Positions 46,696-56,314 of a stretch of DNA of 64,000 bases are shown in pieces. The stretch spans positions 1,356,088-1,420,087 of the forward strand of contig CAWGSX010000003.1 in the NCBI GenBank assembly GCA_963825385.1, written 5' to 3'. The stretch is from an uncultured Pseudomonadota bacterium (GTDB lineage: Bacteria; Pseudomonadota; Gammaproteobacteria; Steroidobacterales; Steroidobacteraceae). Each line of letters opens with the position of its first letter. Positions within the stretch are counted from its first letter, which is position 1. The translations under genes and the position numbers were made by a program. Below the pieces are notes generated by a model. The model was given only the letters and a program-made list of their open reading frames with translations. It did no database searches and was not told the origin of the DNA.

Positions 46696-49600
46696 GCGCG
46701 GATCCGCCCGCGCCGGCGCCGCTTCCGGCAGGGCCTTCGGCGATGAACCGCCTCGTGGCAGCCTCGCTGCGCCAGCGCTTCCTGATCGCACTTCTGACGC
46801 TGCTCCTGATTGGCGCCGGCGCCCGCTCCCTCAACCGCCTGCCGGTGGATGCCTATCCAGATCTCTCGCCGCCCATGGTGGAGCTCATAACCCAGTGGCC
46901 GGGACACGCTGCCGAAGAGGTGGAACGGCTGATCACGGTGCCGGCCGAGCGCGAGATGAACGGCATTCCGCGCCTGACCGAGATCCGCTCGATCTCGCTG
47001 TATGGCCTGTCGGACGTCATTCTGACTTTCGGAATGCGCACTGACGCTTACTTCGCGCGTCAGCAGGTTTTCGAACGCATGTCGCAGCTCAGTCTGCCGG
47101 ACGGGGTGGCGCCGGCACTTTCGCCGCTGTCGGCGCCCTCGGGCCTGATCTATCGCTACGTGCTGCAGAGCCCCGACCGCACGCCGATGGAGCTAAAGAC
47201 CTTCGAGGACTGGACCATCGAGCCCGCCTATCGCTCCGTGCCCGGGGTGGCGGATGACTCCGGCTTCGGTGGCGGCACGATGCAGTACCAGGTCCTGCTC
47301 GATCCGGCCCGCATCGCCTCCGTCGGTCTCTCGGCGCAGCAGGTCGAAAGTTCGCTCAGCGCGAATAACAACAACGGCGGCGGCGGATTCTACTCGCAGG
47401 GTGGCCAGTTCTATTACGTGCGTGGCCTCGGGCGTCTCACCTCCGTCGAGGACATCGGCAACGTCGTCGTGGCCGTGCACAACGGCACCCCGGTGCTGGT
47501 CAAGGATGTCGGCCGCGTGGTGATCGGCATCGCCCCGCGCCTGGGTGAGTTCGGCTACGAGAAGCAGGATGACGCCGTGGAAGGCGTCATCCTGCTGCTG
47601 ACGGGCGAGAAGACCCAAGACGTGCTGAAGCGGGTCGAAGCCAAGACCCGCGAGCTCAACGAGCAGATCCTGCCGAAGGATGTCAAGGTCGTGCCATTCT
47701 ACGACCGCAGTGACCTCGTGACGCTCACGACACAGGTCGTGGAAGGCAACCTGCTGCGCGGCATGCTGCTGGTCGTCGCGATACTCATATTCTTTCTGTA
47801 CGACTTCCGTGCCGGGCTGATCGTGGCCACGAGCATCCCGCTGGCGCTGCTGTTCGCCTTTGTGTGTCTGGACCTGCAGAACGCCTCGGCCAACCTGCTG
47901 TCCATCGGCGCGGTGGATTTCGGGATCCTCGTGGACGGTGCAGTCGTCATGGTGGAAAATATCTTTCGCCAGCTCGCCACCCGCGGCGACAATCCGCGCG
48001 ACATCCTGGCCGTCATCCGCAACGCGGCAGCGGAGGTGGATCGCCCGCTGGTCTACTCGGTGGCGGTGATCGTGGCTGGCTTCCTGCCGATCTACGTGTT
48101 GTCCGGGCCTTCGGGCACGCTGTTCAGGCCCATGGCCGACACCATGGTGTTCGCTCTGATCGGCTCACTTCTGGTCACGCTCACCTTGTTGCCGGTGCTG
48201 TGCTCATGGTTCATGCGCCGCGGTGTACGCGAGCGACGCAACGTCGCCTACGAAGCGATTAAATCAGTTTACATCCGGGGTCTCGATGTCTGTATCGCCC
48301 GTCCCTGGGCCACGACCGCGGCCTGCGCGGCGCTCCTCGCCATGTCGCTGCTGCTTACGCTGCGCATCGGCGCTGAGTTCATGCCGAAGCTGGACGAAGG
48401 CGCGTTATGGGTGCGCGCCACGATGCCGTACACCATCTCGTTCGACGAGGCGGCGAAAATCGCACCGAAGGTCCGCGAGCTGCTGCATTCCTTCCCCGAA
48501 GTCACAACCGTGGCATCGGAACTCGGTCGCCCCGATGACGGTACCGATCCTACCGGCTTCTTCAATGTCGAGTTCTACGTGGGGCTCACGCCCTACTCGC
48601 ACTGGCGGGGGCAGTACCGCAACAAGGCCGGGCTGATCGAAGCCGTCAACCGCAAGCTCGCGGCCTTTCCCGGCATTACCTTCAACTACACCCAGCCGGC
48701 CGAGGATGCGGTGGACGAGGCGGAAACGGGGCTAAAGAGCGCGCTGGCGGTCAAAGTCTTCGGCTCCGATCTGAACCGGCTCGAGGAGAAAGGCCGCGCG
48801 ATCAAGCAGATTCTCGAGCGGGTGCGCGGCATCCGCGACGTCACCCTGGTGCAGGAGCTCGGTCAGCCCAGCCTGACGATCAAGATCGACCGCGCGCGCA
48901 TCGCCCGTTACGGACTGAACGTGGCCGATATCAACGGCCTCATCCAGACCGCGATCGGGGGCGATGTGGCAACCGAGGTGGTGCAGGAGGAGAAGCAGTT
49001 CGATCTGGTCGTCCGGCTCGAACAACAGTACCGTGACAATCCGGTGGAGATCGGCAACATCCTGGTCGCCACCCCGGCCGGCCAGCAGGTACCGCTCAAG
49101 GAATTCGCGGATATCGCGATATCGAGCGGCGCGTCGTTCATCTATCGCGAGAACAACTCGCGCTACATAGGCGTACAGTTCTCCGTGGAGGGCCGTGACC
49201 TCGCCAGCGCGGTCGAGGATGCCATCCGTCAGGTCAACGCCAAGGTCAGCCTGCCGCAGGGCTACCGTCTCGACTGGGGCGGGGAATACAGCGAGTACAC
49301 AACTTCGCGGGCCCAGCTGAACGTTATCCTGCCGCTGACACTGTTCCTCATTTTCTTTCTGCTGTTCGCGCTGTACGGCAATTTCAAATTCCCATTCATC
49401 ACCGTGCTGGGCGTGGTGCTGTCGGCGCCGATCGGCGGAATCGTAGCGCTGTGGCTTACCGGCACGCCGTTCTCTGTGTCCTCAGGCATCGGCTTCCTCG
49501 CCCTCTTTGGCGTCTCAGTGCAGACGGCGGTTGTGTACATCTCCTATGTGAACGAGCTGCGCCACGATGGCACACCGCTCGCCGAGGCCATCCGCGCTGG

Positions 49601-49817
49601 GGCGATCCTGCGGCTGCGTCCGATCATGATGACCGCGCTGGTGGCGGCGATGGGCCTGCTGCCGGTGGCCCTTGCCACCGGCGTCGGCACCGACTCGCAG
49701 CGCCCGTTCGCGCTCGTCATAGTCAGCGGCCTCTTCACGCGACTGCTGCTCAGCGTGTTTCTGATGCCGGCGCTGTATACCCTGGTGGCCCGGCCCGGCG
49801 ATCGCGTGGCGGTCTAG
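46692..49817 (+). CDS. CusA/CzcA family heavy-metal efflux RND transporter
   Basis: 1041 aa with 12-TM HME-RND topology. ATGA overlap with the adaptor gene. The N-terminus LPVDAYPDLSPPMVELITQWPGHAAEEVE is typical of CzcA/CusA. Confidence 0.9.
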   Translation: MSADPPAPAPLPAGPSAMNRLVAASLRQRFLIALLTLLLIGAGARSLNRLPVDAYPDLSPPMVELITQWPGHAAEEVERLITVPAEREMNGIPRLTEIRSISLYGLSDVILTFGMRTDAYFARQQVFERMSQLSLPDGVAPALSPLSAPSGLIYRYVLQSPDRTPMELKTFEDWTIEPAYRSVPGVADDSGFGGGTMQYQVLLDPARIASVGLSAQQVESSLSANNNNGGGGFYSQGGQFYYVRGLGRLTSVEDIGNVVVAVHNGTPVLVKDVGRVVIGIAPRLGEFGYEKQDDAVEGVILLLTGEKTQDVLKRVEAKTRELNEQILPKDVKVVPFYDRSDLVTLTTQVVEGNLLRGMLLVVAILIFFLYDFRAGLIVATSIPLALLFAFVCLDLQNASANLLSIGAVDFGILVDGAVVMVENIFRQLATRGDNPRDILAVIRNAAAEVDRPLVYSVAVIVAGFLPIYVLSGPSGTLFRPMADTMVFALIGSLLVTLTLLPVLCSWFMRRGVRERRNVAYEAIKSVYIRGLDVCIARPWATTAACAALLAMSLLLTLRIGAEFMPKLDEGALWVRATMPYTISFDEAAKIAPKVRELLHSFPEVTTVASELGRPDDGTDPTGFFNVEFYVGLTPYSHWRGQYRNKAGLIEAVNRKLAAFPGITFNYTQPAEDAVDEAETGLKSALAVKVFGSDLNRLEEKGRAIKQILERVRGIRDVTLVQELGQPSLTIKIDRARIARYGLNVADINGLIQTAIGGDVATEVVQEEKQFDLVVRLEQQYRDNPVEIGNILVATPAGQQVPLKEFADIAISSGASFIYRENNSRYIGVQFSVEGRDLASAVEDAIRQVNAKVSLPQGYRLDWGGEYSEYTTSRAQLNVILPLTLFLIFFLLFALYGNFKFPFITVLGVVLSAPIGGIVALWLTGTPFSVSSGIGFLALFGVSVQTAVVYISYVNELRHDGTPLAEAIRAGAILRLRPIMMTALVAAMGLLPVALATGVGTDSQRPFALVIVSGLFTRLLLSVFLMPALYTLVARPGDRVAV

Positions 49818-49986
49818 CCGGGACTCTATAGCGATTCGGTCGGACCCCCGGCGCGGGGGCGGGCAGCTTCCGTGCTGCTCTCAGACGCTGTCGCCAAGTC
49901 CGCGAACGCCTGGCGCTGGGCACGGCACCGTGGCCGCCAACGGCCACCTGAGACATGCGACAGATGGCCCCCGGGCCGGGAAACAA

Positions 49987-50913
49987 TCAGGAGGAGGGCT
50001 TGATCGGAAGCTGACAGGCGATCTCGAAATGCTCGCTCCCGTGCGCGAACGGCCTGCCGATCCAGGCCTCGAAAGCGGGTTGATTGTCGGGAACATAGCC
50101 ACTGCGCGGGAGCCAGGTCCGGTAGAGCCAGTCGATAGCGCGTGCCTCGAGCGCGATGTCGCCTCTGACTACGACTTCTGCCACGCGCATCGGCGGGAAG
50201 TCGAAGCGGCCGATCTCACCCTGCGGCTCGACGTCGTCGACCACGAGCGCGACGTCATACCGACAATCCGCGAGGGCGACGATCTCGGGCTCATCCCACA
50301 TGTAGCCCAGCCACTGGCCGTCTGCGAGGCCGCGCGCGATCGCCCAAGCGAGGAGTCGTTCGCAGGCGGCCTGCGCCACACCCTCACGGTAGGGCTCAAG
50401 AACGCGCAAATAGGCGACTGTACGCGCGGGCAGATTGCGAAGCTTTACCTCGAAGCCGTCCGGATTTTGCCCCGGGGGCAGGGTCATTACGCGCGGCGGT
50501 CCTTTCTGACTCGACAGGAAGCGCTCCAAGTCCTGCCGCCGGCCGTTGCGGAAGCTCTCAACGTCAAAGACGCTGGGCGGAAGCCCGTAATGCTGTTTGA
50601 AGCTGCGCGAGAAATCGGCGGAGGAGGAAAAGCCGCAGTCCAAGGCCACGTCCGTTAGCGAGCGCCCCGGCGCATGGGACATCAGGTACAGAGCCCGCTC
50701 GAGCCGCTGCCGTTTCACAAACTGGTTCAGCGTCTCCCCCAAGAACGCCTTGAACACGCGATGAAAGTGGAAAGGGGAGAAGCCGGCCGCCCTGGACACC
50801 TCCTCCAGAGTCAACGTATGAGCGAGGTTGCTCACTACGTGATCGATCGCGCGGTTGACGCGCTCGACGTAGTCCACGGCGACGGCATGGTCCGCTTTTC
50901 GGTGCGTTCGCAA
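49987..50913 (-). CDS. AraC family regulator with GyrI-like effector domain
   Basis: HTH region LTLEEVSRAAGFSPFHFHRVFKAFLGETLNQFV...DVALDCGFSSSADFSRSFKQHYG. The C-terminal half is a GyrI-like small-molecule-binding fold. The track start is TTG; GTG at 50877 is an alternative. Confidence 0.85.
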   Translation of the reverse strand: MRTHRKADHAVAVDYVERVNRAIDHVVSNLAHTLTLEEVSRAAGFSPFHFHRVFKAFLGETLNQFVKRQRLERALYLMSHAPGRSLTDVALDCGFSSSADFSRSFKQHYGLPPSVFDVESFRNGRRQDLERFLSSQKGPPRVMTLPPGQNPDGFEVKLRNLPARTVAYLRVLEPYREGVAQAACERLLAWAIARGLADGQWLGYMWDEPEIVALADCRYDVALVVDDVEPQGEIGRFDFPPMRVAEVVVRGDIALEARAIDWLYRTWLPRSGYVPDNQPAFEAWIGRPFAHGSEHFEIACQLPIKPSS

Positions 50914-51018
50914 GATTTGGCAAGCGGCTGCGGCGATTCGCGGGCATCTTATACGGCAGGCGATTTATTGTCTCTGCCCGTCGGCAGACCTTCGTCTCAA
51001 GGACTCCGGGAGAATCAT

Positions 51019-51504
51019 ATGACCGTACGGGCCCTCTTGATTGTCGGTGCCATGGCCGCGATAAGCATGGTGCTCGCGAGCACAGCGCAATTCAGCCGAG
51101 CCGCGGAAAATAAATCCCTGGAGCTGGGAAATTTCTCCGTCAGTCTCACCGTCAGGGACATTAAGGCATCCATGGCCTTCTACCAGAAGCTCGATTTCAA
51201 GCAGGTCGGCGGTGAGCTCGAACGGAATTGGGTCGTCCTGCAGAACGGGACCGCGAGGATCGGGCTGTTTCAGGGAATGTTTGACAAGAACATCCTGACT
51301 TTCAACCCAGGATGGACAAAGAACAAAGAGACCCTGACGGACTTCCAGGACGTGCGCGAGCTACAGCGTGTCTTGAAGGCGCGCGGTCTGACGATAGCGC
51401 CCGAAGCGGATGTAACCACCCAGGGTCCCGCTTTCTTTGAAGTCACCGACCCCGACGGCAACACGCTCCTGTTCGATCAGCATGTTCCGAGCCCCAAGCG
51501 CTAG
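51019..51504 (+). CDS. Secreted VOC/glyoxalase family protein
   Basis: ATG at 51019. Signal peptide. FSVSLTVRDIKASMAFYQKLDF...FFEVTDPDGNTLLF. Divergent from the AraC gene. Confidence 0.7.
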   Translation: MTVRALLIVGAMAAISMVLASTAQFSRAAENKSLELGNFSVSLTVRDIKASMAFYQKLDFKQVGGELERNWVVLQNGTARIGLFQGMFDKNILTFNPGWTKNKETLTDFQDVRELQRVLKARGLTIAPEADVTTQGPAFFEVTDPDGNTLLFDQHVPSPKR

Positions 51505-51934
51505 CAGCGTCCGCCGCGAAGTAAAATAGAAAATCCCGCATTTCGGCGGTACGCCTGAAGCGAGTCACTGGGAACGTTGCTATTTTCTTCGCGGCCGGAG
51601 ACGTCAGTGACGGCTGCAGGTCAAAGAGCGGTCAAAAACCGATCGCCAGTCGCTGTTTGATTGCTGCGACGCAGCGCAGGTGCCCGACGCCAGGACCCTG
51701 ATCGAAGTAGTGGCGGGTTCCTGATTTCGCCCCGGCTACTCTCCTGCGTCGGCCATAGCAGCTTTAATTCCTGCGGTTTTCGACCACTTGCCTTTACGCT
51801 TTGGGCCGGCCGGGCCCGACTCCTGCCAGATCTTGCAATACCCGTCGGCAGCGCATAAAAGGCTCGCCAGAGCCAAGGGGTTCATCGGCCGGGGCGGCGT
51901 TCGTTGGATGCCGCGACGCCCGGAGAGGGTAGAC

Positions 51935-53473
51935 ATGGCACAGAACGACGAACGCGACATCCCGTTTCACGGGCCCGCGCGGGAAGCCCTCGTTAGGAAC
52001 CGGTTTGACAGCATTCTCGAAACGATTGGACGCACACCGATCGTGAGAATCAACAAGCTCGCGCCCGCGCACGCACAGCTGTACGTCAAGATAGAAGCCT
52101 TTAATCCGATGGGGTCGGTTAAGGACCGATTAGCTTTCGGGGTCATCGAGGATGCCGAGCGCACGGGACGACTTAGGCCAGGGCAAACGGTAATTGAGGC
52201 GACCAGCGGGAATACGGGTATCGGGCTCGCCATGGTGTGCGCCGCGAAAGGCTACCCGCTCGTTGTGACCATGGCCGAGAATTTCAGCGTTGAACGGCGC
52301 CGCTTGATGCGCTTCCTCGGCGCGAAGGTCGTACTGACGCCCGCAGCACTTAAAGGGAGCGGGATGCTTGCCAAGGCGACGGAGCTTGCGCTGAAGCACG
52401 ACTGGTTTCTATGTCGGCAGTTCGAGAACGAAGCGAATGCCGCAGTGCATTCACGCACGACTGCACGGGAGATTCTCAGTGCCTTTGAGGGCGAGCGTCT
52501 TGATTACTTCGTTACCGGTTTCGGCACCGGTGGCACGCTGAAGGGCGTTGCGCGGGTGTTGCGCGAGCGTCGCCCCGAGACCAGAGTGATTGTGTGCGAA
52601 CCGGATAACTCGCAGGTACTGGGGAGTGGAATCTCACAGCCCAGGCATCCCGATGGGATGCCGGCGGGCAGCCATCCGAGCTTCCGGCCGCATCTGATGC
52701 AGGGTTGGAGTCCGGATTTCATTCCGAAGCTGACCGAGGACGCCGTGGCGCTCAAGCTGATCGACCGGATCGTGCCGGTGAGCGGTGCGCGCGCGCTCGA
52801 GCTCTCACGCGAGCTCGCCCGAAAGGAAGGGATCTTCGTAGGCATATCCGCCGGGGCTACCCTCGCCGGCGCCTTGCAGGTATGCGAGGAAGCGTCACCC
52901 GGTGCGAACGTCCTATGTATGTTGCCAGACACGGGAGAGCGCTATCTGAGCACTCCGCTGTTCAGCGACATTCCGGCCGACATGAGCGACGAGGAGCTCG
53001 CGATCGCCCGCTCGACGCCTAACTACCGTTTCGACGTCCCGCCGCCCCCGGCGCCTGCGGGAGCGCCCCAGCCGATTACGCAGGATGCAGAGGAGTTCGT
53101 GTCACGCGTGATCAGCGACTCCGAGCAGCCGGTGGTGATGTTCGCGCTCGAGTGGTGCGAGTTCTGCTGGGCAGTTCGTCGGATGTTCGCGAAGCACGGC
53201 ATTGCGTATCGGTCGGTTGATCTCGACTCGGTGGAATATCAGCGAGACGATCGCGGCGGCAAGATTCGTGCGGCGCTGAGCGCACGCACTTCGATGACTA
53301 CGATTCCGCAGATTTTCGTTGCGGGCGAATTTATCGGGGGGTGCACTGATGTCTTCAATGCTCACAAGGCAGGACGGCTTCAGGCTCTTCTCGATAAGCG
53401 TGGCATCTCGTACGACCGTACCGTGCAGGTTGATCCGTACTCATTCTTGCCGTCTTGGCTGCATCCGCGTTGA
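51935..53473 (+). CDS. Cysteine synthase-family PLP enzyme fused to a C-terminal glutaredoxin-like domain
   Basis: ATG at 51935 after GGAGAGGG. CysK/CysM motifs are present (NPMGSVKDR PLP lysine, TSGNTGIGLA, GFGTGGTL). After a Pro-rich linker comes a Grx fold with CEFC and TIPQIFVAGEFIGGCTD. Confidence 0.85.
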   Translation: MAQNDERDIPFHGPAREALVRNRFDSILETIGRTPIVRINKLAPAHAQLYVKIEAFNPMGSVKDRLAFGVIEDAERTGRLRPGQTVIEATSGNTGIGLAMVCAAKGYPLVVTMAENFSVERRRLMRFLGAKVVLTPAALKGSGMLAKATELALKHDWFLCRQFENEANAAVHSRTTAREILSAFEGERLDYFVTGFGTGGTLKGVARVLRERRPETRVIVCEPDNSQVLGSGISQPRHPDGMPAGSHPSFRPHLMQGWSPDFIPKLTEDAVALKLIDRIVPVSGARALELSRELARKEGIFVGISAGATLAGALQVCEEASPGANVLCMLPDTGERYLSTPLFSDIPADMSDEELAIARSTPNYRFDVPPPPAPAGAPQPITQDAEEFVSRVISDSEQPVVMFALEWCEFCWAVRRMFAKHGIAYRSVDLDSVEYQRDDRGGKIRAALSARTSMTTIPQIFVAGEFIGGCTDVFNAHKAGRLQALLDKRGISYDRTVQVDPYSFLPSWLHPR

Positions 53474-53616
53474 GTGTTGGGACGAGCGCGGATTCGTGTC
53501 GCCTGATCCGAAAGCGGTCGCGAAGTCAGACCGACAATGCGGCGTGCACTTCGTGCCCGGTCGCATATCTGGGGAACGTCGGCTCAGGCTGTTGTGAATG
53601 GTGGAGATTTTGTGCC

Positions 53617-54147
53617 ATGGCAAAGCTCGTGTATGGAATGAATCTGTCCCTGGATGGCTACGTTGACCACCTGGAGTTTAGGCCAAGTCAGGCACTCTTT
53701 CGTCACTTCATAGAGCAAGTGCGCAGCCTGACCGGAAGTGTGTACGGTCGCCGCATGTACGAGGTAATGCGTTACTGGGACGAGGATTGCGCGGAGTGGA
53801 GCGTGGAGGAACAAGAGTTCGCCGCGGCATGGCGAAGACAGCCGAAGTGGGTTGTGTCGCGCTCGCTAAAGTCGGTCGGACCGAACGCCACACTTGTCGA
53901 GGATGATCTGGAGGCGGTGATAGGTGGCCTGAAGGCTCAGCGAGTTGGGGAGATTGAAGTTGCCGGACCAGACCTGGCAGGACGGCTAACCAACCTTGGT
54001 CTTATTGATGCGTATCGACTTTACCTTCACCCCATCGTACTTGGTCGCGGCAAGCCATACTTCTCCGGCCCCCGGCCGCCGCTTCGCCTGGTGAGCAGCG
54101 AGCTAGTTTGCGAGGACGTGATCAGGTTGACGTACGTTCCCGCTTGA
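53617..54147 (+). CDS. Dihydrofolate reductase-like (RibD C-terminal domain) family protein
   Basis: MAKLVYGMNLSLDGYV...GRRMYE...IEVAGPDLAG...IDAYRLYLHPIVLGRGKPYF. Confidence 0.8.
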   Translation: MAKLVYGMNLSLDGYVDHLEFRPSQALFRHFIEQVRSLTGSVYGRRMYEVMRYWDEDCAEWSVEEQEFAAAWRRQPKWVVSRSLKSVGPNATLVEDDLEAVIGGLKAQRVGEIEVAGPDLAGRLTNLGLIDAYRLYLHPIVLGRGKPYFSGPRPPLRLVSSELVCEDVIRLTYVPA

Positions 54148-54267
54148 TCGGGCGACGCGCCGGACGGCCTGCCGCTAGGGGTTGGGTCATCTGCCCGCAA
54201 CTGGGTAAGTTCGTGGCGGTGTAAGCTCAGGAGGCGACCGGGCCTCGATGTCGTGGAGAGCTGGTAA

Positions 54268-54939
54268 ATGCACATTGGCCTTATCGGAGGGATTGGCCCT
54301 GCGGCGACTGACTTCTACTATCGACGCCTGATTGCAACGTTTGCCAGCAAGAAGGTTGCGCTTGAACTGACGATCGTGCATGCCGACACACCAACGCTCC
54401 TCGGGAATCTCGCCAGTAATGATGCTGCTGGCCAGCTGGCCATCTACATGAAGCTGACCAACCGCTTGGCGGCGGCGGGGGCCGAGTGTGTCGCTGTCAC
54501 GTCCATCGCTGGGCACTTCTGTATCGATGCGTTCAAGGCGTCGTCCACGCTGCCGGTCGTTGACCTGATTTCCGAAGTTAACCGAGCCATTGGACAACGA
54601 GGCATCAAACGGATCGGCATCCTCGGAACCCGCACGGCGATGGAGACACGCCTTTATGGAGGCATTTCCGGTGTTGAAATCGTCCCGCCCAGCGGCCGGG
54701 ACCTGGAAGATGTGCACCTGGCCTATGTTGCGATGGCAACGTCCGGCATCGTTACAGAAGCTCAGCGCGCGGTTTTCGACGCGGTCAGCAAACGGTTGCT
54801 TAAGCAATCTGGCGTCGAGGCAATCATGCTCGGAGGCACGGATCTCGCACTGGTCTTCAACGGACGAGACACAGACTTTCCGCTCATCGACTGCGCCGGG
54901 ATCCATGCGGACGCCATCGCGAACTTGGCCACCGGCTGA
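54268..54939 (+). CDS. Aspartate/glutamate racemase family protein
   Basis: MHIGLIGGIGPAATDFYYRRL, a second-half GTR/GGTD pattern, and two Cys-containing active-site regions. GGAGAG lies upstream. Confidence 0.85.
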   Translation: MHIGLIGGIGPAATDFYYRRLIATFASKKVALELTIVHADTPTLLGNLASNDAAGQLAIYMKLTNRLAAAGAECVAVTSIAGHFCIDAFKASSTLPVVDLISEVNRAIGQRGIKRIGILGTRTAMETRLYGGISGVEIVPPSGRDLEDVHLAYVAMATSGIVTEAQRAVFDAVSKRLLKQSGVEAIMLGGTDLALVFNGRDTDFPLIDCAGIHADAIANLATG

Positions 54940-55133
54940 GGTTGTGGTGACGTCAGCCGCTGGCCAGAGGCCCACGGTCGAACTGCAGCGAGCTGGGACC
55001 GGATCGTAGTTTTGACTTCAGAATAGCCATCCTTCATGACAGGCCCCTCAACGTGCGCCAGTGGCTGCTCGCAAGAGGCTCTCCCAAACACAGGCTGTTC
55101 GCCGGGCGATCGCTGAGGACCTCGGGATTGGTA

Positions 55134-55739
55134 ATGATATTTTTTAGAATAGAGATCGGGAACAAGCGTCCTTTCATCGAGGGTAACGCAAGGAACGATT
55201 GGGAGGGAATCGCGTGCCCAGCCAATCCGGGACATCAACGTGCGGGTCGTCGGACAACAGACCTTCACGTGGACATACGATCGCGTAGCGTAGTCGACTT
55301 TGCAACGACGCTGCTCACCGACGTTGTGATCACCGATCACGCCCTGAATGAGGTGCGCGATTCGAGATTGAGTGGCTTTAAGATAAAAGACGTTCTGGTA
55401 GACGGACTGCCGCTTGGGACGTCGAGAGAGCAATTCCCGAAGCTATGGGAGTTTATCGTTACAGGTAAGGGTGGCCCAGCTCACCGCGACTCGGGGATCG
55501 TAAAGTTGCGCGAATGCAAGGAGTGCGGGCTTGTCCGATATTCAGAATACAAAAATGGAATTCATGTTGACCTAGCCACCTACGACGACTCGGATTTCTT
55601 CACAGTGCTGGAATATCCAAGGCACATACTTGTTAGTGACAAGGCGAAGCGGGCGATTGAGGATGCACATCTAACAAACGTGAGTTTTATCGACTCGCGC
55701 GCGCTTCGCTGGCCTGACGGGGTGATAAAGCCGACTTAG
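55134..55739 (+). CDS. Imm11/double-CXXCG-like putative immunity protein (orphan)
   Basis: CKECG motif. DSDFFTVLEYPRHILVSDKAKRAIEDAHLTNVSF resembles the DUF1629/Imm11 and SitI6-type immunity families as I recall them. The first CXXCG is degenerate (CPANPGH). The region looks lower in GC. Confidence 0.5.
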   Translation: MIFFRIEIGNKRPFIEGNARNDWEGIACPANPGHQRAGRRTTDLHVDIRSRSVVDFATTLLTDVVITDHALNEVRDSRLSGFKIKDVLVDGLPLGTSREQFPKLWEFIVTGKGGPAHRDSGIVKLRECKECGLVRYSEYKNGIHVDLATYDDSDFFTVLEYPRHILVSDKAKRAIEDAHLTNVSFIDSRALRWPDGVIKPT

Positions 55740-55875
55740 ATAGCGGCAACGCGGCATGGGAGGCTCGTACGGGTTAGCGCCCAGGACTGAGCGAATCAGC
55801 TAACCTGCATTCACCTCTGCGGAACATACCCCGAGCGACGCAACATCGCATATGTTGGTTAATGTGGGAGGAAGC

Positions 55876-56109
55876 CGCATGGCATCGCAAGGGGACACTA
55901 TTGAATGCGGGTAACCAGGGATGAAGATCAACCTCAGCCTCAGCCAGGCCTTCGCCGGGCAGAAGGTCGGGGTCAAACAGGTCGAGGATAAGATCTGGGT
56001 ACTGAGCTTTATGCGCTATGACTTGGGCTTCTTCGATCCGGAGACCACTCGGATCGAGAGTGCAGAGCATCCGTTCGCTGCGAAAGTGTTACCCATGTCT
56101 CCGGTATAA
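55876..56109 (+). pseudogene. C-terminal remnant of an rve-type (IS481/IS3-like) transposase
   Basis: The frame reads ...RMASQGDTIECG*PGMKINLSLSQAFAGQKVGVKQVEDKIWVLSFMRYDLGFFDPET...FAAKVLPMSPV. It resembles transposase C-termini, contains an internal TAA, has no catalytic core upstream, and abuts the tRNA 3' end. Confidence 0.45.
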
Positions 56110-56147
56110 AACGTCACCCATCTCACCGGAATGCACAGAGAAAATTG

Positions 56148-56224
56148 TGGTAGCGGGGGCAGGATTTGAACCTGCGACCTTCGGGTTATGAGCCCGACGA
56201 GCTGCCAGACTGCTCCACCCCGCA
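56148..56224 (-). tRNA. Initiator tRNA-fMet (anticodon CAU)
   Basis: The reverse complement is TGCGGGGTGGAGCAGTCTGGCAGCTCGTCGGGCTCATAACCCGAAGGTCGCAGGTTCAAATCCTGCCCCCGCTACCA. It has a 7-bp acceptor stem with an unpaired 1:72 (U/U). Three G:C pairs close the anticodon stem (TCGGG-CTCATAA-CCCGA). The T arm is GCAGG-TTCAAAT-CCTGC and the CCA is encoded. The layout is very close to E. coli tRNA-fMet. Confidence 0.9.
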
Positions 56225-56314
56225 CCAGGAGGGCCGCGCATTCTACAAGTGCGGACCCTGGTCAGCAACCCCGCTAAGCGCGCCTATGAATCAATGGCTT
56301 AGCCGGTCTCGTGG

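Noticed and set aside
56016-56225. 69-aa minus-strand ORF
   Set aside because: It is entirely explained by the tRNA-fMet gene and the transposase remnant that it overlaps.
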